64,000 nt of DNA, taken from contig JAKJBR010000001.1 in the NCBI GenBank assembly GCA_022706885.1, positions 118,138-182,137 of the forward strand, written 5' to 3'. Below the pieces are notes generated by a model, which ran no database searches, had not been told where the DNA came from, and worked only from the letters and a program-made list of their open reading frames with translations. Shown piece by piece: positions 56,662 through 64,000 of the stretch (position 1 is the first letter of the stretch; every line of letters starts with the position of its first letter). The stretch is from Bacillota bacterium (lineage in GTDB: Bacteria; Bacillota; Clostridia; DUPQ01). The position numbers and the translations under genes were made by a program.

Positions 56662-58166
56662 AAGCCTAACACCTCATATATTTTTAAATGTGCTTTATCT
56701 GTATCGTCACAGTCTATTTGATAATCCGACCAGCCGAGATAATTATTCTTTCTTGCTTTGTAAAGCTCTTCCAAAGTGTTTTGCTGCGACAGCGGTCTGT
56801 CGAGTGTGGAAAGCAGTGATAAATCTCTTTTCAGAAAAACGACAATACCGTTCTGGCGTAAGAGATAGCGGTTTCTTTCTCGGGTTACAACACCGCCGCC
56901 TGTAGATATTACACAGTTGCTTTGTTTAGTTACTTTTTCCAGCACCTTTGTTTCAATGTCCCTGAAGAAAACTTCTCCTTTGTCTTTTATAATGTCCGAT
57001 GCACTCTTATTATATGTTGCGGCTATTACCTCATCGGTATCTATAAAGGCTCTTTCAGTCAGTTCTGCAAGAGCTTTTCCCGCAGTGCTCTTTCCGCTTC
57101 CCGGCATTCCTATGAGTACTATGTTCCCGGTTTTCTTAGCTACCTTTTCAACTACTCTTTCAATTACGGAATCATCGATTACGGAATCGGTAAACAGTTC
57201 GGCGGCTTTCTTTGCCTGTGCCACAAGCATGGAGAGTCCGTTATATGCTTTTATACCAAGTTTGGATGCCTCATACATCAATCTTGTTTGAGCGGGATTG
57301 TATATGAGATCGAAAAGAGCAATACATTTTTTGAAAGAGGAGATATCTATAACGGTTTTGCCGTTGTCAGGGTACATTCCCACCGGTGTGGAGTTAATAA
57401 TTATATCGCTGTCATAGTGATTGCTTATATTTCCGTAATTTTCCTGACCGCTTCTGGATACCGTTACCAGACAGCCTGCGTTCATGTCCCGTATTGCCGC
57501 TTTGATTGTGGCAGCGGAGCCTCCGTCACCCAGAAGGAGAACCTTTTTACCTTCCGGATTTATGCCGCTTCTTTCAATCATATATCTAAAACCGTAGTAA
57601 TCGGTATTATCTCCTATAAGACTGTTTGCTCTCCATATAACGGTATTGACACTGCCGGTTCTTTTTGCAATAGGTGTCAGTATATTACAGTATTTCATAA
57701 TATCTTTTTTATAGGGTATCGTTACGTTAAAACCGTCAAGGTCGCTGTTATGTACAAAATCATAAAGCTGATCGGGCTGCTTTTCATAAAGCCCGTATTC
57801 ATAATCGCCCAGATGAGAATGTATAAGCGGGGAGTAACTGTGCTGTAATCCGGCACCCAATAAACCGAACTTCTTATTGGAATATCCGAACGCAGACGGC
57901 TTAGAAATATTCAGCTTTTCCTGATAAGATTTGCTTGTATCAAACAATGTATTGAAGAGTATTTGTGTATAGGAGACCAACTCTTCGTCCGTCTTGGAGA
58001 TAATATCTGAAAGTTTGGCTTTTTCCAATTCACTGTTAAGTATGGGTATGTTGTGTACTTTTTTATACTCTGCAATGTCTTTTACAATGCCCATTCTTTC
58101 CTGAAATAATTGTAAAAGTTTATCATCAATTTTATCTATTTCTTTTCTCAAATCGTCTAAATTCAT
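56658..58166 (-). CDS. trifunctional fusion: chorismate mutase (AroQ-class CM_2 domain) - shikimate dehydrogenase (AroE) - shikimate kinase (AroK)
   Basis: 502 aa; N-terminal CM domain (LRKEIDKIDDKLLQLFQERM), central AroE (NVTIPYK, LLGDGGSA), C-terminal P-loop kinase (GMPGSGKST). Confidence 0.8.
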   Translation of the reverse strand: MNLDDLRKEIDKIDDKLLQLFQERMGIVKDIAEYKKVHNIPILNSELEKAKLSDIISKTDEELVSYTQILFNTLFDTSKSYQEKLNISKPSAFGYSNKKFGLLGAGLQHSYSPLIHSHLGDYEYGLYEKQPDQLYDFVHNSDLDGFNVTIPYKKDIMKYCNILTPIAKRTGSVNTVIWRANSLIGDNTDYYGFRYMIERSGINPEGKKVLLLGDGGSAATIKAAIRDMNAGCLVTVSRSGQENYGNISNHYDSDIIINSTPVGMYPDNGKTVIDISSFKKCIALFDLIYNPAQTRLMYEASKLGIKAYNGLSMLVAQAKKAAELFTDSVIDDSVIERVVEKVAKKTGNIVLIGMPGSGKSTAGKALAELTERAFIDTDEVIAATYNKSASDIIKDKGEVFFRDIETKVLEKVTKQSNCVISTGGGVVTRERNRYLLRQNGIVVFLKRDLSLLSTLDRPLSQQNTLEELYKARKNNYLGWSDYQIDCDDTDKAHLKIYEVLGL

Positions 58167-58191
58167 TTTATCCCTTTATATAATTTTTAAA

Positions 58192-59283
58192 TTATTCCCA
58201 TATTCTGTATGATGCATACATGTCTAAAATTGCTATTGCAGCCGCCGCTTCCACACAGGCAACCGCTCTGGGCACGATACATGCATCATGTCTTCCGCCT
58301 ACCTTTATTTGCTCACTGTTATTGTTTGCCATATTGACACTTTCCTGCTTAATACCTATTGACGGAGCGGGCTTTACGGCCACTCTGAATATCAACGGCA
58401 TCCCGGAGCTTATGCCTCCCAATATGCCGCCGTGGTTGTTTGTCCGCGTAAGAATTTTGCTGTCTTTGATATAGAAAGGATCATTGTTCTCGGAGCCCTT
58501 CAGATTGGCGCAATCAAAACCGTTACCGAACTCTATTCCTTTTACTGCGGGTATTGCAAACACGGCCTTGGAAATGTTGTTTTCCAGACCGTCAAACATG
58601 GGCTCGCCTATTCCTGCGGGAAAGTTATATACCCCACATTCTATTATTCCGCCTAACGAATCATTCTGTTGTGATGCTGTACGAATGCGCTCCTGCATAA
58701 GTATGCCTTTTTGCCTGTCTATAACGGGAAAGTCATTGTTTAAGAGTTTTTCAATATTCTCTCTGTTATCTTCTGCAGGATTGAAAGATATATCTTCCGT
58801 ATCGTATATCTTTTTTATGTGTGCATGTATGCTTATACCGTACTTTTCCAGTATCTGAAGACAGATACCTCCCGCTATACATAAAGGTGCGGTCAGTCTT
58901 CCCGAGAAGTGTCCTCCTCCCGAAGTGTCCTGAAAACCTTTGTATTTTATATGAGCCGTATAATCGGCATGAGAAGGTCTGGGGATATCCTTAAATGATC
59001 GGTAGTCTTCGGGATTTATATCTTTATTGTAAATAATTGCACATATCGGGGCGCCGCATGTAGTATTTCCCATCAGTCCGGAAAGAAACTCTATTTCATC
59101 CTTTTCTTTCCTTTTTGTGGAGAACGGTTTATCTATGGCACTTCTTCTTTGCATAAAAGCGGTGAGTTGCTGCATATCTATTGAAAAACCGGCAGGCAGA
59201 TTGTCGATAACCACACCTACAGCTTTTGAATGAGATTGTCCGAATATAGTGACTGTTATGTTTTTTCCGAATACCGATGACAT
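58192..59283 (-). CDS. aroC: chorismate synthase
   Basis: 363 aa; GQSHS, GRHD motifs. Confidence 0.9.
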   Translation of the reverse strand: MSSVFGKNITVTIFGQSHSKAVGVVIDNLPAGFSIDMQQLTAFMQRRSAIDKPFSTKRKEKDEIEFLSGLMGNTTCGAPICAIIYNKDINPEDYRSFKDIPRPSHADYTAHIKYKGFQDTSGGGHFSGRLTAPLCIAGGICLQILEKYGISIHAHIKKIYDTEDISFNPAEDNRENIEKLLNNDFPVIDRQKGILMQERIRTASQQNDSLGGIIECGVYNFPAGIGEPMFDGLENNISKAVFAIPAVKGIEFGNGFDCANLKGSENNDPFYIKDSKILTRTNNHGGILGGISSGMPLIFRVAVKPAPSIGIKQESVNMANNNSEQIKVGGRHDACIVPRAVACVEAAAAIAILDMYASYRIWE

Positions 59284-59287
59284 TTTA

Positions 59288-60550
59288 CTAAATCCTTTCC
59301 GTTATACCGCCTATAGACGCAAAATCCCGGAAAAAGGCGGGATATGATTTGTTTACCGCATGCGCCTCTTTGATTATTACGGCATTTTCACACACAATAG
59401 ATGCTATTGCCGCGGTCATGGCAATTCTGTGGTCATTATGGGAACAAACTGTTCCGCCGTTCAACATTTCTTTTCCTGTTATAACCAGGGAATCGGGTTT
59501 TTCCGTTATATCAGCACCTAACGTTTTAAGCATATCACAAGTGGAAGATAATCTGTCACTTTCTTTTAACTTAAGCCTTTTTGCATTGAATATATTGGTT
59601 GTTCCTTCGGAAACAGCTGCCAAAAGAGCAAGTACGGGGACAAGGTCGGGTATTTGTGATGCATCAATATCAGTGGCATTTAACCGGTTCTTTTTGACGG
59701 TTACAGTATCTTTATTAACTGTAACATATGCTCCCGTTGTTTTAAGAATATCGATAATTGTTTTGTCGGTTTGTCGGGAGTGTATATTCAATCCGGTAAC
59801 GGTAATTGCTCTTTCAGAGAAAGCTCCGGCACAAAGGAAGAATGCCGCATTGGACCAGTCTTTTTCAATACTCATATTTCCTGTCGGTGTATAAGTAGCA
59901 TTGCCGGGTACTTCAAAACCTTTCTCTGTTTTAATAATCTTTACATTGTATTGATTCATGACATCAGCAGTCATATCAACATATCCTGAAGACTGAAGGT
60001 CGGAGGTTAGCAGGATGCCGCTTTTATTCTTCAGAAGAGGAAGTGCCAGAAGAAGACCGGATATATATTGAGAAGATACATCACCGGGTAATTGATATAT
60101 ACCGCTTTTAAGCTGCCCTTCGGTAAGGAAAGGTACGGTTCCTTCTAAAGATAATGTGCAGCCTTTTCCGATAAGCTGATTATATAAAGGTGTTATGGGT
60201 CTTTTGGATAACCCTTTTTTCATGATAAAGGAAGACTTTGCTCCCAATGCACAGGTAACCGGAAGAAGGAAACGAAAAGTGGAGGCCGATTCATTGCAGT
60301 CCAAAAGGGCATTTATTCTTACGGTTTTTATCGGATTTATATAAAACCCGTTTTTTTCAGCGGTAATGTTTGCACCCAATGAGTTAAGGCATTGAACGGT
60401 AGCATTAATATCGGAAGAGGTGTCGGTTACTTCAACAAAGTTAGGTACATCTGACAATGCCGAACATATGAGATGTCTGTGTGCATGTGATTTTGATGTA
60501 ATCGCCTTTACGGTACCCCCCGGATTCTTTACTGTAACCGATATATCCAT
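59288..60550 (-). CDS. aroA: 3-phosphoshikimate 1-carboxyvinyltransferase (EPSP synthase)
   Basis: 420 aa; SKSHAHR motif and overall fold pattern. Confidence 0.9.
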   Translation of the reverse strand: MDISVTVKNPGGTVKAITSKSHAHRHLICSALSDVPNFVEVTDTSSDINATVQCLNSLGANITAEKNGFYINPIKTVRINALLDCNESASTFRFLLPVTCALGAKSSFIMKKGLSKRPITPLYNQLIGKGCTLSLEGTVPFLTEGQLKSGIYQLPGDVSSQYISGLLLALPLLKNKSGILLTSDLQSSGYVDMTADVMNQYNVKIIKTEKGFEVPGNATYTPTGNMSIEKDWSNAAFFLCAGAFSERAITVTGLNIHSRQTDKTIIDILKTTGAYVTVNKDTVTVKKNRLNATDIDASQIPDLVPVLALLAAVSEGTTNIFNAKRLKLKESDRLSSTCDMLKTLGADITEKPDSLVITGKEMLNGGTVCSHNDHRIAMTAAIASIVCENAVIIKEAHAVNKSYPAFFRDFASIGGITERI

Positions 60551-60551
60551 T

Positions 60552-61613
60552 TCAACCTCTATATTCCGTTGCGGTTTGTATTATGTCGGTCAAGTCTGAC
60601 ATATCGGTTTTTTCTATAGTGCATTTACCTATGTCCCGTATAAGTATCAGATTTATGTGGCCGCTGCTTCTTTTCTTATCCGCCGTTATTGCGTTTGCGA
60701 TATCTTTTGCGCCGTATAACAAATCGGTATTAAAACCGTGGAGGTTCAGCATATCTGTTATCTTTGTTAAAACTTCCTTACTGCATAACCCTTGTGTATA
60801 GGAAATTTTAGATATTAAATGCAGTCCCTTTGCAACCGCAGCACCGTGCGAAATTGTATAACCGCTCAGAAGTTCAACAGCATGAGCTATCGTGTGTCCC
60901 AGATTAAGAAGTTGTCGCATACCGATATCCGATTCATCTTTTTGTACAATGTCTCTTTTTATTTTTACACATTCGTATACGATGCTTTCGATATCGCTTT
61001 TTAGAGGTTTTTTTATACGGTTAAAAAGCTGATTGCCCGATAATATCCCGTATTTTATAATCTCGGCATATCCGTCTTTAAATACTTCATCCGGTAAAGT
61101 ATCCAATAATGAAAGGTCGCATATTACCGCTTGCGGCTGATAAAAAGCACCTGCGAGGTTTTTGCCTTCTTTTAAATCAATTCCCGTTTTTCCTCCTATT
61201 GAGGAATCCACTGTTGCAAGCAATGTGGTGGGAATGTGTAAAAGCGGTATACCGCGCAGGTATGTAGCCGCAGCAAAGCCGCCGAGGTCACCGGGAACCC
61301 CGCCACCGAAAGCGATAAGCATATCCGATCTGGAAACTCCTTTAGTTGCCATATCATTGAGTACCGCTATGTAATTGTCGGTGTTTTTGGATTGCTCCCC
61401 GTGCGGAATAATATACCTGAATACCGACAGCCCGTTGCTTTCCAAAGAGTCGGTTAATATAGAGCCGTATAGCGAATCCACTATGTCATCGGTTACGATA
61501 TAGACAATATTACCTGTTAAGAAAGGCTTAATATATTGATATGCTTCCGACAGAATGTTTTTATCTATTATTATGTCGTATTTCTTTGAACCTGCTACAG
61601 TTATTTTTCTCAT
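60552..61613 (-). CDS. aroB: 3-dehydroquinate synthase
   Basis: 353 aa; GGGVPGDLGGFAAATYLRGI nucleotide-binding motif. Confidence 0.9.
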   Translation of the reverse strand: MRKITVAGSKKYDIIIDKNILSEAYQYIKPFLTGNIVYIVTDDIVDSLYGSILTDSLESNGLSVFRYIIPHGEQSKNTDNYIAVLNDMATKGVSRSDMLIAFGGGVPGDLGGFAAATYLRGIPLLHIPTTLLATVDSSIGGKTGIDLKEGKNLAGAFYQPQAVICDLSLLDTLPDEVFKDGYAEIIKYGILSGNQLFNRIKKPLKSDIESIVYECVKIKRDIVQKDESDIGMRQLLNLGHTIAHAVELLSGYTISHGAAVAKGLHLISKISYTQGLCSKEVLTKITDMLNLHGFNTDLLYGAKDIANAITADKKRSSGHINLILIRDIGKCTIEKTDMSDLTDIIQTATEYRG

Positions 61614-61718
61614 CTTGTATCCGCCATGTCACTATTATACATTATCATCTAACGGTTTGAAGTTATGTTTATTAACAAACCGTATAATGATAATATGATT
61701 ATGTTCTTAGCAGGCTCT

Positions 61719-61748
61719 ATAAAAAAGAAAGTAGCATGTGCTACTTTC
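61719..61748 (-). terminator. intrinsic terminator (10-bp stem GAAAGTAGCA/TGCTACTTTC plus U-tract on minus strand) downstream of rubredoxin
   Basis: read directly; A-run on + strand precedes hairpin. Confidence 0.6.
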
Positions 61749-61766
61749 TTCGAGTTGATGTTTATA

Positions 61767-61925
61767 TTATTCTTCTTCAAACTCCTCTTTGGAAACTCCG
61801 CATATCGGGCATGTCCAGTCTTCCGGAACATCCTCCCATTTTGTGCCGGGATCTACACCGTTATCCGGATCGCCATCCTTTTCATCATAAACATAACCGC
61901 ATACCATGCAAACATATTTTTTCAC
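61767..61925 (-). CDS. rubredoxin (52 aa, GTG start)
   Basis: Not in ORF track (below cutoff); translation [52 protein letters not shown] has both CxxCG knuckles; RBS GGAGGAGG upstream. Confidence 0.7.
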   Translation of the reverse strand: MKKYVCMVCGYVYDEKDGDPDNGVDPGTKWEDVPEDWTCPICGVSKEEFEEE

Positions 61926-61964
61926 GGGAACAACCTCCTCCACAATTATATTTATGACTATACA

Positions 61965-62357
61965 CTATTTTACGGCAGTTTTCCACAGTCCGTGCAGATT
62001 GCAGTATTCATATGCCGCAATTACCTTGTCGTCATCGGTGATTGCAAATGTTGCCACGGGTTTTTCCCCTGGAAGAAGGGATTTACGTTGTCCGCCTTTT
62101 GCCGTTTCCAGATAAATCCACATGATATAGTGTTCTTTTACCATGGGATGAGCTACGGTGGATACTTCCACAACTACATTGTTGCCGTTCTGTTTTATTA
62201 CAGGCAGGTGTTTTTCATTTGCACCGTCGGTTGTATTTGCAACCAATTGCTCCATATTCACTCCGCAACAGACAATGGGCACACCCGAGTTATAAATCAT
62301 TCCTATCATATTTCCGCAACGTCTGCAGATAAAAAATCTGTTCTGATCTTTTTTCAT
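61965..62357 (-). CDS. desulfoferrodoxin (2Fe superoxide reductase)
   Basis: 130 aa; N-terminal desulforedoxin-like CRRCGNM...CCG and C-terminal SOR domain with HPM...H...C..H ligands. Confidence 0.8.
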   Translation of the reverse strand: MKKDQNRFFICRRCGNMIGMIYNSGVPIVCCGVNMEQLVANTTDGANEKHLPVIKQNGNNVVVEVSTVAHPMVKEHYIMWIYLETAKGGQRKSLLPGEKPVATFAITDDDKVIAAYEYCNLHGLWKTAVK

Positions 62358-62513
62358 TGTATTTCTCCTTTCTATTTAGTACTTAGTACTATTAGACTTT
62401 TATTATATCACAAACATATAGTTGTCTATAGGTTATTTGCAAATATATTTTGTACACAAAGGTTCCCGGTATTCATAGTTTCATAATTTCCATAATTGTT
62501 ACCAATGTACTCA

Positions 62514-62571
62514 TTGACTTGATATAATCAGTATTATAGAATACTCAGAATATTAGCTGATTGAGGGATTT
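62514..62571 (+). promoter_or_regulatory. promoter TTGACT-17-TAGAAT with perfect palindrome AGTATT-atag-AATACT (62530..62545) overlapping the -10; whole segment repeated at 63940..64000
   Basis: read directly. Confidence 0.5.
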
Positions 62572-63921
62572 ATGAACGAGTATCTGCATGCAATAAAGAT
62601 AAAGTGGCGGAATTCCGCTTTTGCAAGAACATTTAACCTTACTGATGAAAAGGCTAAAGGAAGAAGTTGTTTTTTAACTTCGTCCATACTTGCCTCTTTA
62701 GCTGCACAGTTAAGCGGAGGAGTGTTTTATACCGGTTTTCTCTTAAGTTTCGGAATTAATATCGTTAATATAGGGATAATAACCTTTGTTCCCGTTGTTA
62801 CAAGGTTGCTGTCGATATTCTCTCCTTTTATTTTGGAAAGATTCCGTTCAAGAAAAGTTTTTCTTACTGTAATGGGTATATTGGCCAACATAATAAATAT
62901 ATTAGGTGTAACGCTACTACCTAATATTATTACGTCGGAAACGGGAAGAGTAATAGGATTCACATTATTGGTAACAATATCTTCAGCAATATCCGCAATA
63001 ATCGATCCCGGTTATTCCGCCTGGCATGCACCGTATCTTCCAAATGAGATAAGAGGGGATTATTTCACATTAAGCTCCGGAGTAAACAGCTTTTTGACGC
63101 AGGGCGTGGTATTGATTCTTTCATTGGTAGCAGACTCCTTTGCGGGCAGCCCCAGGCAATTGGAAATAATAACGGGATTCCGTTATGCGGCATTGGTATT
63201 GGCTGTAATGCATATACTGGTATTGGCTATACCTAAGGAGTATCCTTATGAGCAAAGCGGCAGCAAGATAAAATTAAGCAATATATTCGTTCTGCCTTTT
63301 AAGAGTAAAAAATTTCTGTGGACTGTTATCCTGATAGGCTTTTACTATCTGGGAGCAAGTCTTACAAATGCCTCCATTAACATCTTTTTACTTCAGGATG
63401 TAGGTGTAACCTATTCTCAGATTAACCTTATAAATGCCGTATATTTCATGTTTTTTATCTTTTTCGGAAAGATGTGGAAAAAGGTTCTTAAAAAGTATTC
63501 CTGGTTTAAGACTCTTGCAATTGCAATGCTTTTACAGGGACCGACATTCATTATGTATGCTTTTGTCACAGCGGAAAACTATACCTGGCTCTGGTTTACG
63601 GTAAGACTGTTGCAGCATGTGCTCGGTGTAGTTTCCAATACGGTTATTTCTTCAATGCTGTATGTAAATCTTCCGGACACGGACAGGACATATTATGTTT
63701 CCTTCTATAATATAGTAATACATATGTCCTCTTTCTTAAGCATGATGCTGGGCACCATGTTCCTTTCATGGATGGGAGACAATGTCTTGAATGTTTTCGG
63801 TTTTAAAATGGCGGGTGTTCCCGTATTGCTTGCCATAACCGGTATAGCGGAGGTTATTGTGGGAATTCTTTCCTGGAAGTTTAATGATAAGCTGCTTCCC
63901 GATGATATATCAAGGAGATAA
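62572..63921 (+). CDS. MFS-superfamily transporter
   Basis: 449 aa, about 12 TM segments. Confidence 0.65.
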   Translation: MNEYLHAIKIKWRNSAFARTFNLTDEKAKGRSCFLTSSILASLAAQLSGGVFYTGFLLSFGINIVNIGIITFVPVVTRLLSIFSPFILERFRSRKVFLTVMGILANIINILGVTLLPNIITSETGRVIGFTLLVTISSAISAIIDPGYSAWHAPYLPNEIRGDYFTLSSGVNSFLTQGVVLILSLVADSFAGSPRQLEIITGFRYAALVLAVMHILVLAIPKEYPYEQSGSKIKLSNIFVLPFKSKKFLWTVILIGFYYLGASLTNASINIFLLQDVGVTYSQINLINAVYFMFFIFFGKMWKKVLKKYSWFKTLAIAMLLQGPTFIMYAFVTAENYTWLWFTVRLLQHVLGVVSNTVISSMLYVNLPDTDRTYYVSFYNIVIHMSSFLSMMLGTMFLSWMGDNVLNVFGFKMAGVPVLLAITGIAEVIVGILSWKFNDKLLPDDISRR

Positions 63922-63939
63922 TAGTTACCAATATTCCCG

Positions 63940-64000
63940 TTGACTTGGTATAATCAATATTATAGAATGCACAGGCATTTACTGATTGAGGAATTTATGA
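63940..64000 (+). promoter_or_regulatory. second copy of the promoter/5'UTR module; ATG at 63997 starts a gene that runs off the window
   Basis: about 85% identity to 62514..62574 including -35, -10 and RBS. Confidence 0.45.

Noticed and set aside
61665-62486. 273-aa plus-strand ORF spanning the rubredoxin/desulfoferrodoxin region
   Set aside because: Antisense to two conserved metalloprotein genes. The product is Phe/Ile-rich low complexity.
1-64000. CRISPR arrays, rRNA and tRNA genes
   Set aside because: No regularly spaced short repeats and no tRNA-like T-arm (GGTTCGA[AT]TCC) seen on either strand.

Overview
Annotation of a 64-kb window from a low-GC (about 35-40% by spot counts) Firmicutes/Clostridia-like chromosome, mostly ordinary core metabolism with several unusual features. 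Coding density is high.

Core regions: sugar-acid and glycogen metabolism (SIS isomerase, eda, kdgK, phosphoglucomutase, malQ); a NUDIX-MBL-rlmH operon with overlapping start/stop codons; purN, gpmI, tyrS, an MscS channel; a complete shikimate operon on the minus strand (aroB-aroA-aroC-[chorismate mutase-aroE-aroK fusion]-aroQ); rubredoxin plus desulfoferrodoxin; MFS transporters.

Accessory features: (1) an approximately 10.7-kb GC-rich (about 50-55%) island at 11.46-22.1 kb (TetR, GPH symporter, tannase/feruloyl esterase, two further esterases, GH78 rhamnosidase, GH43, MBL hydrolase) flanked by imperfect direct repeats of 66-81 bp, with a partial tandem duplication of the neighbouring glycosyltransferase 3' end; (2) a cell-envelope polysaccharide cluster (GT2-GtrA, DUF2233, LmbE deacetylase, a GT4-pyruvyltransferase fusion, an SLH protein); (3) nanA next to an intracellular BNR/sialidase-like protein; (4) an 841-aa secreted protein with eight tandem ~45-aa Cys/His-rich modules; (5) a TSCPD gene interrupted by an in-frame TAG; (6) a toxin-antitoxin/defence islet: AbiEi, a truncated AbiEii, and an HTH-HipA (HipH/YjjJ-like) kinase carrying its own promoter; (7) three tandem, divergent paralogs (about 575-605 aa) of a membrane-anchored, internally duplicated extracytoplasmic protein with no function I can assign, followed by a GNAT and a methyltransferase; (8) a tyrosine-codon-rich leader peptide followed by an intrinsic terminator upstream of tyrS (attenuator-like; no T-box motif seen); (9) a candidate c-di-AMP (ydaO-type) riboswitch upstream of a CPA antiporter plus PII-like gene pair.

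No rRNA, tRNA or CRISPR arrays were recognised.
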